Source: a virus (lineage: Duplodnaviria; Heunggongvirae; Uroviricota; Caudoviricetes). From it: DNA of 64,000 bases. Position 1 is the first letter of the stretch, and each line of letters opens with the position of its first letter. Of the stretch, positions 26,433 through 36,432 are shown in pieces. Where the stretch lies: the IMG/VR virus record IMGVR_UViG_3300015615_000881. The stretch is one strand, 5' to 3'. The translations under genes were made by a program, and so were the position numbers. Below the pieces are notes generated by a model. It did no database searches. It was not told the origin of the DNA and saw nothing but the letters and a program-made list of their open reading frames with translations.

Positions 26433-28571
26433 TTATGATCCCCGGATGACATACCGCACCCGGACCGTGGTTTGACCGCTCGAGGTCGCCGTGCTCTTCT
26501 TGATCCAGATGTTGGTGAAGGCGGTGGCGCTTTCACTGGTCTTGTTGCCGCTGTCCACCAGGAGCTTTCCGGTGCCGGTCGCCACGGCGGCGTTGACGAA
26601 CTTCGTCTGGGACGCCGTGGTGCCCACGTCGATGGTCCCGGCGTTGAACGCCACCTCCCGGTCGAATTCCACGTCCAGGATCCCGCAGTTGGGCGGCAGT
26701 TCGAGTAGCTTCGTGGTATTGGCGGAACTGGAGATTTCGGAGTGCAGGTAGGTCTTCTGCACCACCATTTCATTGGCCATCCGGGGTCTCCAGTGGTACA
26801 CCCCGCCACCCATCTCGCCGGCGGCCGGCGCACTCGACAGTTTGTTCGCGGAACGGTCCGGGATGAATTTACCGATGCCCACCTGGAGGTCTGGCTCCAG
26901 CATGGCGCCAATCTCCTGCAGGATGACGTTGTCGAGGAAGATGCTTCCGCTGGCGCTCGGAGCGACCCGGCGGATGCCAAAGTTCGCCGACGCCGCGACA
27001 AACTCATGGATGAACTGGGCGTAGGACGTCGAGAGAGTGTTGGTCCAGGCGGTGTCCCCGGTGGCGCCGGAGGATCCCGCATAGCAGACGGTCGCCCCCC
27101 GCTTCGCGTAGTACGTGACCCGGTAGCGCTTCCCGGGCGTCATGGCGCCCGTGGCATTGATGCTGACGTTGCTGTCCGAGGCGTCCACGTCCAGCCGGCA
27201 GGACCGGGTTCCGGCGAAGGGCGCACCGGTCTCGTTGTTGACGGTGGACGTGCCGGCCGTCGTTTCCGACCAGCTCGCGAATACGTCCGCACCGCCGCCG
27301 CCCAGCGTCTCGAAATCCCCGTTCAAGGTGGCGGGGTTGTAGTGAACGATCGCGCTCTGGGCCGCCCATTGATCGGCGTACGAGACCCCAGCTTCGCGCA
27401 ACCGGGTGACGTCGGACGGCGACAACCCGCGGTTGAACACCGCCGCGGCCGTGATCAGGTCGCTGAATTGAAGGCTGTTGTCACTGAGGGTAAACGTGGT
27501 GTTGGTGATCGAGTCGTAGAAATTCGGAGGCGCGCCGCCGGTCGTCGTTTCAGAAAAGGCCGGCACCACCCCGTTGAGATAGATCGTCAGAGTCCCGAGT
27601 GACCTGGTGATCACCAAATCCGTGAACTTGCCCGACAATCCCCCGGGCGCGCCGCCAACCACACCGCTGACACCGGAGATGGAGCGCTTTCGGGTTGAGG
27701 CTGCCGAGTGCTCGGTGTGGATGAATTCCAACGCGCCCGAAGCCAGCGGAAATCTCGCCTCCAGGCACTTCCCAAGTCCTCCGCTGACCGAGAAGAGTTC
27801 GGTCGCCGCCGCCGCGACCGAGATGGTTTCCGGACACTTGAACCTGACCCAGATCGTGTAGTCGTTGGTGTCCAGAGTGGGTAGCGTGAAAGGAAGCGAC
27901 GCGCCGGACACCGTCCAATCGAAGTACAAGCCGCCGGCGGTGATCTTCGCATTGTTGACATTGTCGATGTAGTTGGATGCCCAGAACGTGGAGGCCAGGC
28001 GGTCCGTTGGCGAGCCGGAAACCAGAACGCCATCGACAAAGACAAGCGCATTGGTTCCGACGTTGAGGTCGCTCTGGATTGACCATGAGTTGGTGCCCGA
28101 TTTTCCCTGGATGAACTTGGCACCGCTGGTTCCGTCAGCCTTGACGATGCCGGTAGTTGAGACGCCGTTGGACGCGAAGTTGGGAAGATCGAGGGTCTTG
28201 TTCGAAAGCAATTCCTTCGCGCCGACCCGGGACACGGTGTTCGTGTCATCCTGGGCGGCGGGATTGCCCAGGAAGTTGAAGTTGAACAACTGATAGTTCC
28301 CGAGAGATGAATTGTAGGTCCGGATCTGAAACGAGTTGGTCCCGGTGAACTGACCCGATAACGTGCGGCCGGTGATCAGGGCTGGCAAAATGACATCCGC
28401 AAGCCGATTCGTGCCGGCGTTCTGGTTGAGTCCCTGAATGGTGGTGCCCGCGTTGTTGTTCTGGCCAAAGAAGCCGGGCAGCACTTTGTCGTAGGTGCTA
28501 TTGCCGATCACAGTCCGCTGGGCGTGCAGCGGAAGGACGAGGACCAGTAGAGCGATCGCGAATCTCATCAT
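26433..28571 (-). CDS. secreted large protein with conserved N-terminal QNNNAG...NAGTN module
   Basis: Signal peptide MMRFAIALLVLVLPLHAQ. The N-terminus GQNNNAGTTIQGLNQNAGTNRLADVILP is paralogous to that of 31346-33349. The rest is Gly/Thr/Ser-rich and beta-rich. Confidence 0.45.
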   Translation of the reverse strand: MMRFAIALLVLVLPLHAQRTVIGNSTYDKVLPGFFGQNNNAGTTIQGLNQNAGTNRLADVILPALITGRTLSGQFTGTNSFQIRTYNSSLGNYQLFNFNFLGNPAAQDDTNTVSRVGAKELLSNKTLDLPNFASNGVSTTGIVKADGTSGAKFIQGKSGTNSWSIQSDLNVGTNALVFVDGVLVSGSPTDRLASTFWASNYIDNVNNAKITAGGLYFDWTVSGASLPFTLPTLDTNDYTIWVRFKCPETISVAAAATELFSVSGGLGKCLEARFPLASGALEFIHTEHSAASTRKRSISGVSGVVGGAPGGLSGKFTDLVITRSLGTLTIYLNGVVPAFSETTTGGAPPNFYDSITNTTFTLSDNSLQFSDLITAAAVFNRGLSPSDVTRLREAGVSYADQWAAQSAIVHYNPATLNGDFETLGGGGADVFASWSETTAGTSTVNNETGAPFAGTRSCRLDVDASDSNVSINATGAMTPGKRYRVTYYAKRGATVCYAGSSGATGDTAWTNTLSTSYAQFIHEFVAASANFGIRRVAPSASGSIFLDNVILQEIGAMLEPDLQVGIGKFIPDRSANKLSSAPAAGEMGGGVYHWRPRMANEMVVQKTYLHSEISSSANTTKLLELPPNCGILDVEFDREVAFNAGTIDVGTTASQTKFVNAAVATGTGKLLVDSGNKTSESATAFTNIWIKKSTATSSGQTTVRVRYVIRGS

Positions 28572-28933
28572 CTCAAGAACACGCAGATCCCAGTGCCGTA
28601 CTTGCCGGAGGATGGCGGCGGGTTGTCGAACTTCTCCTTGGACACCGAAAGCCACTTGAAGCTCCGATGCTGAGCCCACGGCAAGTCATCCTTGATCCTG
28701 AACACCGGGGCGGGCGCGTTCGTCACCCCGAGTTGTTCGGAAGAGCAGACGTAATCCCATTTGATGTTGTCATCCGTCACATACAACTCGAAGTAGGTGG
28801 GCACGCTGGTGGAATCCACCTGCTTGAAGTTGAACGAGGTCACCGTGGCGGACTGGGGCGGCATCGGCACCGGAGGAGCCGACACCAACCCGACCGTGGC
28901 CAGGACGATTGCTGAAGCGATTAGTTGTCTCAT
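28568..28933 (-). CDS. small secreted protein
   Basis: Signal peptide MRQLIASAIVLATVGLVSAPP. 121 aa. ATGA coupling at both ends. Confidence 0.4.
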   Translation of the reverse strand: MRQLIASAIVLATVGLVSAPPVPMPPQSATVTSFNFKQVDSTSVPTYFELYVTDDNIKWDYVCSSEQLGVTNAPAPVFRIKDDLPWAQHRSFKWLSVSKEKFDNPPPSSGKYGTGICVFLR

Positions 28934-30624
28934 TGTTTGATGCGCTGGCGCCTTTCGGTCGGCGCGGCGTCGTTGTCGTTGATGTTTACCTGGGCGGAGG
29001 TTGGGCTTGCCGGCGTATAGGATCCGGCGGCGATGTTGAGTATGATCGTTTCAGTTCCCTCCACCGCCGCATCGTCCACGGCGGTGATGGGAATCGTGAC
29101 GCTGGACTGGCCATTGGGAATCACTACCGAGGTGCCGATGGTTCCGTAGTCGCCTGTCTCCGTCGCGCTGCTGCTGCCGTCGATGGTGAAGTTGACGGTC
29201 AAGCCTCCGGACGTGGAACCGGTTCGCGTCACCTGAAAGCCGCCGGCGGACCCACCCTCGGTCGCATTGCCGAGGGAAATGATGCTGACAGTCGGGGTCG
29301 TTCCACCCCCGGTAAATTCAAACCTCCCGACATCTCTCACCCCCTCAGCAATGGCGTTGCCGTCACCGTCCAGAATGGCAAGCTGAGGAGCCGTACCGGC
29401 GTTTCTCAGTGCGGACGTTGAGGTCAACCGGAAATTGTTCCAGGCAACAAAATCCGCGTTGTACTGATCTCCAAAAAGGGAGTTGGGCGTCGTGAATGAA
29501 GAACCGATACGGTTTTCCAAATTGGCCCTCAAGTTGTCTGACGAGACGCAATTCGACGCCACGCAAGCAGGTACTCCGGAGCCGATAAAAAAACCGTTTG
29601 CCCAGTTGCTGATGGCGGCGCAATTGACCCACCTGGCGCCCGTCGAATTGGCGCTGTCGATGGCGAAACCGCCGCCGACACCAGTCGCTTGGTTGCCATT
29701 CCGCACCGCCGTGCAATTCTCCCAAAGGGTATCAATGGCTCCATAGGCGGCATAGAATCCGATAACGACGTTTGTCGCCTCGCAGTTGATGAACTTGTTG
29801 CCGATGCCCTGATACGCCCCGAATCCGCGAGGCATCAGAGCCCCTGTGCTGAACCCGCGGCAGTTGATCAGGATGTTCGAATTGACCGAACCTGAACCCC
29901 CCGTGGCGTTCACATGAAAAGCGTGGGGGGTGCCACCACCGGACTGATCAGCGCCAACGCAGTTGGTATAGTAGCCAAGGCTGGACCCGATATACCACGC
30001 GTGCTGATCGTTATCTCCCAGATAATTCAACCAGCCATTATTGGTCGCGATGCAGTCGTAGAAAGAGACTCCATTCATGTTCTGGAGCACCCCGTGACGA
30101 CCGGCGGAATCTGTGAACTTGCAGCCTTTAAAAACGTTGGACGAGCTGGCAGTCCCAACATTATAGCAAGTCAATACCGGGGAATCTGAAATACTGTTGG
30201 TCAGAGACCACCAGATGTTCTCGAACCAGACAAAGGACTTGTCCACTGGATCGAAGTTGTAGTTGCCGAAAAAGAGCGCGGGAGAATTCCACGTGTTGTC
30301 CGGAGCCACCTTAACGTTGTGACCGGGATAGGCCATGATCCGCGTGTAGTTGCCACCGGTCCCGTTCTTGATCTTCATCTTGGAGACGTTTCCACCGGTC
30401 GATGAGTCGGTGCCCATCCCCTCGTTGTACACACCCTCCAGAATCTGTAGAGTGTCGTTGGCCTGCATGTTGTTGATGCCGTACACGATGTTCCGCCACG
30501 GAGCGTTGGTGGAAGTGCCGGCGTTGGCGTTGTTGCCGTAGAGGGCGACGTAGTTCGTCTGCGCGGCGCTAAGCCACAGCGGCGTCCACAGAATCAATTG
30601 GCTGATGAGCAGGAGTGTCTTCAT
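28930..30624 (-). CDS. secreted right-handed beta-helix (pectate-lyase-like) protein with C-terminal Calx-beta domain
   Basis: Signal peptide MKTLLLISQLILWTPLWLSAAQT. Repeated NC...N beta-helix rungs (INCRGF, INCEATN, ENCTAVRN, VNCAAISN, SNCVSSDN). C-terminal Calx-beta signature DGSSSATETGDYGTIGTSVVIPNGQSSVTIPITAVDDAAVEGTETIILNI. Confidence 0.55.
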   Translation of the reverse strand: MKTLLLISQLILWTPLWLSAAQTNYVALYGNNANAGTSTNAPWRNIVYGINNMQANDTLQILEGVYNEGMGTDSSTGGNVSKMKIKNGTGGNYTRIMAYPGHNVKVAPDNTWNSPALFFGNYNFDPVDKSFVWFENIWWSLTNSISDSPVLTCYNVGTASSSNVFKGCKFTDSAGRHGVLQNMNGVSFYDCIATNNGWLNYLGDNDQHAWYIGSSLGYYTNCVGADQSGGGTPHAFHVNATGGSGSVNSNILINCRGFSTGALMPRGFGAYQGIGNKFINCEATNVVIGFYAAYGAIDTLWENCTAVRNGNQATGVGGGFAIDSANSTGARWVNCAAISNWANGFFIGSGVPACVASNCVSSDNLRANLENRIGSSFTTPNSLFGDQYNADFVAWNNFRLTSTSALRNAGTAPQLAILDGDGNAIAEGVRDVGRFEFTGGGTTPTVSIISLGNATEGGSAGGFQVTRTGSTSGGLTVNFTIDGSSSATETGDYGTIGTSVVIPNGQSSVTIPITAVDDAAVEGTETIILNIAAGSYTPASPTSAQVNINDNDAAPTERRQRIKQ

Positions 30625-31349
30625 GGTTTGATGGCGTAGGCGAGGATGGTCCACGCGGTTGATCCTCCGAGAGTGTACGAGTGGGTGACTGACCCCGTCC
30701 CACCTTCAGTGGAACAGATGGCCGTGGTGAACGCGGATTGACCTCCGGTCCAACGCTGGGTCTGGTCGGCACCGACGGCCAGTGAAACGTTGCCGTAGTT
30801 CATCGAAGCGCCGATGAGCATCTCCCCCGTCGAAAGGGTTAGTGAGGTTGACGGAGTGGTGCTGGTGCCGGAGGCGGTGATCCCGTTTCCTTCCGCCTGA
30901 GTTTGCGCCGCGCCGTTGAAAGTGACAACGCCGATACACCACTCAGAAACGGCCGCGGAATAGGTGACCACGGCGTCATACGTGCCCGCCGCGAGGCTGC
31001 CGATCCCCACTCCCCACAACGACAGGTTCACCGAAGCGCTATCGACGATATTCGTGAGCTTCGAACAGGCCACTCCATTGAAGGTGACAGACGTAATGGT
31101 ACGGTTTTCCCAGTTGGCGAACCCAACCGCCGCGTAACCTGACGAGTGAGATCCCCCCGTGGTGATTGTGTTGGTTATCGTGGTCTGGGAGCCTTGAGCT
31201 TGAGTCGCTGTCGAGGCGTAGGCAAACGACACGGAGCCGCCCCCACCGCCTCCGCCGGCGGAGATCGGCTTGTTCCACGCGGGATCCTGGAGCGTGTTCG
31301 GCTGGGCGAACGCCGCCAGGCAGACCAGCAATGTGAGCCCGCGAATCAT
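30621..31349 (-). CDS. secreted Gly/Thr/Ser-rich protein
   Basis: Signal peptide MIRGLTLLVCLAAFAQP. It has a GGGGGGG run and is 242 aa. Confidence 0.4.
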   Translation of the reverse strand: MIRGLTLLVCLAAFAQPNTLQDPAWNKPISAGGGGGGGSVSFAYASTATQAQGSQTTITNTITTGGSHSSGYAAVGFANWENRTITSVTFNGVACSKLTNIVDSASVNLSLWGVGIGSLAAGTYDAVVTYSAAVSEWCIGVVTFNGAAQTQAEGNGITASGTSTTPSTSLTLSTGEMLIGASMNYGNVSLAVGADQTQRWTGGQSAFTTAICSTEGGTGSVTHSYTLGGSTAWTILAYAIKP

Positions 31350-33349
31350 TTGAATCGTCGCAGCGCGAATGAGGTGTTGGTCTCGCTGGGGCCATGACTG
31401 ATCAGGCTGATCATGGCCGCGGTTCCGTTGGTGAGGACGTAGGTGTAATTCTCGTCGTCCTTCGGCGGATTCATGGAGGAATGAAGCTGAATGTTCCGGT
31501 TCGCGCCGGTTGCCCTGACATACAGTTGGTAGCTCCGGCTGAAGGCGTATTCCGTAGCTGGCCGGTTCGTGGTGAACAGGAAGAGGTCGTTCGAGAGCAC
31601 CGCCACCGCACCCTCCCGGGTAAAGTCGGCGATGTAGTTCGTGACACTGCTCGATGCGGTCAACAGGCCGGTTTCAAACTCATTGGCCATCAGGTGCGGT
31701 TGGTCGTAATCCCCAAACATCCGGCCGGCGGCATACCAAAAGCGGAGGACGGTCGTTTTCAGCGGAGGAAGCTGGGGACTGATCTCACCCACCCAGTAGG
31801 ATTCCGCGGAGGGCCAGGTGACGTTGATCCCGTTGGTCGTCGCGGACGCGGTGTTGGTGATGTAAACGAAGACGGGCGAGGTCTGAAGGTTTGTATCCGC
31901 CGGGAGTCCCGCGAAGGAGATGTTGACCGTGTTCGTCGCGGTGATCCGGTAGGCGTTTGTCTTGGTGGGATCGATGACGATGGTGTTCGCGGTGAGGTGC
32001 ACCAACGGCACCGTGTAGGTGTTGAGAATCTTCAGCCCGCCGAACGCGTGCGGGCTGTTGTTGGTCCCACCCTCGGAGGTCGAGAAATCCCCCTTGAGAA
32101 ACCCGCCGTCAATCTTCAGACCGTTGCCCACCGCCGCCGCCCCGACCAGCCCGCCGCCGCCCGGGTTCAGGAGAAGGCCGGATGGGGTGTTGCTGAGGAC
32201 AATGCCCGGGCCGACCCTCATCGCATTGCCGTCGAGGTTCAGCCAGTTGGTCGATGAGTTGTTGGTGCCGCTGCCGGGCCCGACCATGAACGCCGCGGTG
32301 GGGTCGCCGAGGTCGATCCTTAACGTGGCGCTGTCGATCGACAGACCATAGTGCAGCGCCGCGCTGACCGGGTAGAGCGTGATTTTTCGGCCGGTCGTGG
32401 AGGAAAATATCTCGATCGCCCCGTTGTTGCTGTTGGTGGTGATCGTCCAGGCCGTTCCCGCCGTGTAGCCATTCGTCGCGTGGTAGCTGGTGGCGCGAAC
32501 AATATCGAGGCCAGTCGTTCCGGTGAGTGTCGGGCTGCCCTGGCGGACGGCGAGGCCGCTCCCCGTGAAGTCCGGCATGAGGCCGAAGAATTCTGCTGCG
32601 GAATCGATCTCGGTGGACCGGATGATGTTGAGGCCGCCCAGCGCCGTCTCGAGCTCCGCCTCCGTATCGACGTCGATGGTGTTGTTGCTGCCGTCACTCC
32701 CCAGCAGCCCGGTTCCGTAGGTCGCCGTGTCCGCCCCGGTACCGCCGCGAGCGCGCTCGATCTGTCCCGAAGGGAAGAAGGCGGTGGCGTTGTCTCCGGC
32801 GTTGGCGGTGCCGGACGAGGCCGCAAAGTTGATCGTGATGTCGTTCGGCACCTGGCCGTCGGTTAGCACGCCCTGCAGATCAGGTAGATCCATGACGCCT
32901 TCCAGCGCCGACTCCAGGGAACCGATCGTGATGCTGCGTTTGGCGTTGGAGTCGGGGGCCGATTCGATGATCAGAAGGTCCGAGGCAATGGGAGTCGCCT
33001 TGCTGGCGATGCCGGCAATTTCTCCGGATTGATTGTCGTGGATCGCCGCGGGGTCATCGCCACCACCCCCACCGCCACCGGGTGCCGTGACGTAATACCA
33101 CCGGTGCGGCGCGGTGCCGTTCGTGGCAACCGTGAGTCCGCTGCCCCACACAATCGGAATGACGTTGATGTCAAATTGATTGGTCCCGGCGTTCTCCCCG
33201 ATTCCAACGATGGCCAGGCCCGCGTTGTTGTTCTGGGTCCAGAAGTTGGTGAGGAACTGGTCCTCCGGCTTCTTACCGAGCAGCGTGATCTGCGCGGAGG
33301 CCTCCAGGCAGGCCGCGAAAATGCACAGCAAGGCGATGATTCGCTTCAT
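31346..33349 (-). CDS. secreted large protein, paralog of 26433-28571 (shared QNNNAG...NAGTN N-terminal module)
   Basis: Signal peptide MKRIIALLCIFAACLEASAQ followed by TQNNNAGLAIVGIGENAGTNQFDINVIP. Length 667 aa. The operon is preceded by the conserved palindromic element plus a TTGACA box. Confidence 0.45.
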   Translation of the reverse strand: MKRIIALLCIFAACLEASAQITLLGKKPEDQFLTNFWTQNNNAGLAIVGIGENAGTNQFDINVIPIVWGSGLTVATNGTAPHRWYYVTAPGGGGGGGDDPAAIHDNQSGEIAGIASKATPIASDLLIIESAPDSNAKRSITIGSLESALEGVMDLPDLQGVLTDGQVPNDITINFAASSGTANAGDNATAFFPSGQIERARGGTGADTATYGTGLLGSDGSNNTIDVDTEAELETALGGLNIIRSTEIDSAAEFFGLMPDFTGSGLAVRQGSPTLTGTTGLDIVRATSYHATNGYTAGTAWTITTNSNNGAIEIFSSTTGRKITLYPVSAALHYGLSIDSATLRIDLGDPTAAFMVGPGSGTNNSSTNWLNLDGNAMRVGPGIVLSNTPSGLLLNPGGGGLVGAAAVGNGLKIDGGFLKGDFSTSEGGTNNSPHAFGGLKILNTYTVPLVHLTANTIVIDPTKTNAYRITATNTVNISFAGLPADTNLQTSPVFVYITNTASATTNGINVTWPSAESYWVGEISPQLPPLKTTVLRFWYAAGRMFGDYDQPHLMANEFETGLLTASSSVTNYIADFTREGAVAVLSNDLFLFTTNRPATEYAFSRSYQLYVRATGANRNIQLHSSMNPPKDDENYTYVLTNGTAAMISLISHGPSETNTSFALRRFK

Positions 33350-33404
33350 TTGAAATGCCTCCTCGGCATCAGTAACTCCGCCATGATGCAGAATCCCTTT
33401 GCTC

Positions 33405-33425
33405 TGTCAATGGATTCTGTTGACT
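33405..33425. promoter_or_regulatory. conserved element copy (GAGTCAACAGAATCCATTGACA on the coding strand) with -35-like TTGACA
   Basis: It lies 56-76 nt upstream of the ATG at 33349. An inverted repeat CAGAATCC/GGATTCTG (33388-33395 and 33411-33418) flanks it. Confidence 0.5.
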
Positions 33426-33428
33426 CCG

Positions 33429-35075
33429 CTACGGAATGATCTCAATTCCGTTGATGGCGACGTGATACCCCGACCCGGCGCCAAGCAGGGGTGTCAGTCG
33501 CACTTTGATGATTCCGTTGCTGTCGGCGCGCAGGACAAAACTCTGGATGTTCGCCTTGAACTTCCCGCCGGCGGCCGCGATGACGTCGTAATTGGACACG
33601 CTTTGTGTCGTCTGGCCGATCACCTCGATGTTGAACCGCTGGTCGCCGGTGTTGTTCCACAGGATCTCGGCGAAGTGGAGCCGCACCGTGTAGTCCAGGG
33701 CGCGGGCCAGACCGGGAATCGTGTAGGTCAGCGGGTAGTTGTCGTAGAACTTGCCCCGGTGCGATTGATAGACCGCCTGGGGCGCCGGACTCACCACACC
33801 GCTCACGTCGATCGCATTGGGAACCGCGCCGGTTCCCCCGACGTCATAGTAGGCGTCGGCCGCGAAGGGTGCGGCGGCGGACCCGCCGCAGTTAAGCTTG
33901 ACCGTCGGGATGCTGCTCAAGGCGGGCTGCACATTCATCTCGAGATAGACGAAGCTCGCGAAATTCTCCACCCCGCTGCCGGCCGGGACCCCGCTGGTGC
34001 ATATCCACCGTGCGTACTCACCCACCTCGATGAACGTGCTGCCGAAGGTGACAGCGTTCTGCACCTCCACACCGTGGGCGCCGGCCGGGATGTCGATGGT
34101 GTCCCCCGTCAGGACGCCGTTCACCTGGAGGGCCAGCCGTTGCGGCAGAATCCCGGGATTGGCGGTCAGGTTCGTCTTGGTGACCAGCATCCGCTGCTCC
34201 CAGCGCTTGCGGCCACCGATGTAGTCGCCCAGGGCGACGAAGTCATGCCGCGTGTACAGCACCGGCTGATTCAACTGCACGAGGCTGACGTACTGGTCGA
34301 GCTTGACCTTGTCTGCGGCCGACAGGAGTCCGTCCGTGGACGTGGTTGCCACCGGGTGCGTGTGCTCGTAAGCCGCGGCGCCGCTGGTGCCGATCTTCGT
34401 GTAGATTCCCGCACTCGTATTGAGAATCCTGGCGCCCGGCGGGTTCGGATCCATCTTCACGTCACCGGAGATCTTCTGATCCCCGTCCACGATGGTGGGT
34501 GTCAACGTGGTGGACGCCTGGACCGTGACCTTGTTGTGCAAACCAACGTGCCCGTGATTGCCGCGGGCCACCTGGTTGACTCCGGATCCGAAATCGACCT
34601 GCAACCCGTCGCCCTCAATGATCAGGCCACTGTCGCCAGAAAGTTTGACCTCGCCGGCGAGGACCTGCCCGCCCGGCCCAGCCAGCGTGAACTCAATCGA
34701 CGTGCTGGTGCCAAGCGTTACCGGATCATGCAGCCCGCTGTGGGTATGGTTCTCGCTGGCGACGCCGGAGGTGGACAGGCCGTCACTATCCGAGGTGAGT
34801 CCCCCACCTGGCTTCAATGCAACCGCGGCGGACAACTCGCCGCCAGGGTCGTCATAGTTCCAGCGAACGGTGTGACTGTCCTGGATCAGGGCGGCGACCT
34901 GATCGGCCGTGGCCTCCGCAAAATCCGTGATCTGGCTCGACGTGTGCGTGTGGCCGGCGTCAACCCCAGATGAGATGGCCGCCTGCATCTGATCCAGACG
35001 CACCAGATGATTCGGAAGAGTCGCGGGATTCTCCGACGTGAACTGGGCTCCGGTGACGTTTCCGAGTTTGGCCAT
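33429..35075 (-). CDS. tail fibre protein with N-terminal HxH collar repeats and C-terminal malectin-like carbohydrate-binding domain
   Basis: Repeats GHTHTSSQITDF, ENHTHSGLHDPV, GNHGHVGLHNKV and YEHTHPVATTST match the phage tail fibre repeat. There is a central EVNGVLTG-type beta-domain. The C-terminus YTVRLHFAEILWNNTGDQRFNIEVIGQ matches the malectin signature. Confidence 0.6.
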   Translation of the reverse strand: MAKLGNVTGAQFTSENPATLPNHLVRLDQMQAAISSGVDAGHTHTSSQITDFAEATADQVAALIQDSHTVRWNYDDPGGELSAAVALKPGGGLTSDSDGLSTSGVASENHTHSGLHDPVTLGTSTSIEFTLAGPGGQVLAGEVKLSGDSGLIIEGDGLQVDFGSGVNQVARGNHGHVGLHNKVTVQASTTLTPTIVDGDQKISGDVKMDPNPPGARILNTSAGIYTKIGTSGAAAYEHTHPVATTSTDGLLSAADKVKLDQYVSLVQLNQPVLYTRHDFVALGDYIGGRKRWEQRMLVTKTNLTANPGILPQRLALQVNGVLTGDTIDIPAGAHGVEVQNAVTFGSTFIEVGEYARWICTSGVPAGSGVENFASFVYLEMNVQPALSSIPTVKLNCGGSAAAPFAADAYYDVGGTGAVPNAIDVSGVVSPAPQAVYQSHRGKFYDNYPLTYTIPGLARALDYTVRLHFAEILWNNTGDQRFNIEVIGQTTQSVSNYDVIAAAGGKFKANIQSFVLRADSNGIIKVRLTPLLGAGSGYHVAINGIEIIP

Positions 35076-35078
35076 GGT

Positions 35079-36404
35079 CTATCCGGTGGCGGGATCGGGG
35101 GTGCCGGAGGGGCGCCCGTTGGGTTTCCTGCCAGGACGATCGCCGTGGGCCGGGTCGAAGATGGGCAGGTGCTGATGCAGAGGATCCTTGTGCTCCGCCT
35201 CCTTATTCGCCTTTTCTTCTTCTGGGTCGAGCCCGCCTTCCTGCAGGAAACTCGACTGGCTGCCGGCACCGCTGGTCAGCGCCATCTTCATGTACTCGAG
35301 CGCAACCCGGGGATCGTTGAAGCAACGGTTGCTCCACTGGAGTTCCAACTCGGTGTCGTAGGCTTCCTTGATCACCGTTTCGACGTGCCGCTCGACCAGC
35401 TCGCGCTCCGCCAAGGCCTCCTGCTTGAGGAGGTTCATCAGGTAGGGCGCCGGCGTCTTCGCCAGCAGCATGTAGCCGACGGCGCCAGCCCACACCTGGA
35501 GCCGGACCAGCACGTCGTCCCACTTCTTTCCGTCGAACACCTTCGGGTCAATCGTGACGTACTTGATCACATGATCAAAGTTGGTGGTGATCTCCATGAA
35601 ACCCACCTGCCCCTTGAACTTCTTCTCGATCGCGTCCCCGCGCTCCTTCTTCCAGAAGTGCGCGGGTGTGCCGGCCTTCGATCCCTGCTTGATCTCATGC
35701 CCGAGCAGGTGCTGGCGGATGGGTGAGCGAGCCAGAAATCCGCACAGGGAGCCCTGAACGTCCATGCCCTGAGCCTGCGAAAGAATACGAAAGGCCGAAT
35801 ACATTGACGGCTGACCCAGCCCATCACCCACCCGGCAGGTCTTGAGAACCTTGAATCGGCGGCCCTTTGTTGGATCCAGAACCACGGTCCCCGTGAATTC
35901 CTTCTTCAGTTCATCGGGAAGATCCGAAGCCTTCCACTTGGGGTAAAACTTCAGTTTCTCGAAACCCAGCGCATCCGTGTAATCGCAGCATTCCAGCGGC
36001 AGTGTGAGTGGGTGCGCGTTAAGAATGCCCGGTGCATTCTCCAGCCAGAGGGTGATGACGTTCGAATAAATGAGCCGGTCCTGCCACACTGACCGGACGT
36101 AGTCGTAGAACCATTCGGCATTCTCCTCCAGAAAGGCTTTGCTTTTGTCGGTCTTCCTGACCCGAAAGCCTGAGTTGAAAAACGCCTGCTTGAGGCCAAC
36201 GATGGTTCGCACCCACCAACTATCATCGTACCAATCAGAACAGATCTTGAACGACTCCTTGAGATCGTCCGGCGCCTCGGCCCTTTGCAGCGAGCCGAGC
36301 TTTACCGAACGATGATCGTGAATGTCAACGGTGCAGTAGGATCGCTCTTCGCGCGCGCGCTTTGACCTTGGCATGTGCGGACCTCCAAAGGCGCACCAGA
36401 ACAC
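35079..36404 (-). CDS. hypothetical 441-aa protein coupled to the tail fibre gene
   Basis: An ORF preceded by the conserved element and the CTCTATAGAG palindrome. No motif. It could be a fibre-associated or portal-like protein. Confidence 0.3.
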   Translation of the reverse strand: MFWCAFGGPHMPRSKRAREERSYCTVDIHDHRSVKLGSLQRAEAPDDLKESFKICSDWYDDSWWVRTIVGLKQAFFNSGFRVRKTDKSKAFLEENAEWFYDYVRSVWQDRLIYSNVITLWLENAPGILNAHPLTLPLECCDYTDALGFEKLKFYPKWKASDLPDELKKEFTGTVVLDPTKGRRFKVLKTCRVGDGLGQPSMYSAFRILSQAQGMDVQGSLCGFLARSPIRQHLLGHEIKQGSKAGTPAHFWKKERGDAIEKKFKGQVGFMEITTNFDHVIKYVTIDPKVFDGKKWDDVLVRLQVWAGAVGYMLLAKTPAPYLMNLLKQEALAERELVERHVETVIKEAYDTELELQWSNRCFNDPRVALEYMKMALTSGAGSQSSFLQEGGLDPEEEKANKEAEHKDPLHQHLPIFDPAHGDRPGRKPNGRPSGTPDPATG

Positions 36405-36407
36405 AAA

Positions 36408-36432
36408 GACTCTATAGAGTCAACAGAATTGC
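36408..36432. promoter_or_regulatory. conserved element copy in opposite orientation plus GACTCTATAGAGTC palindrome
   Basis: It lies between genes 36482-37294 and 35079-36404. The sequence is AGACTCTATAGAGTCAACAGAATTGC. Confidence 0.45.

Noticed and set aside
33399-34973. 524-aa plus-strand ORF
   Set aside because: It is antisense to the tail fibre gene, which has strong motif support. Its composition is a GC-frame artefact.
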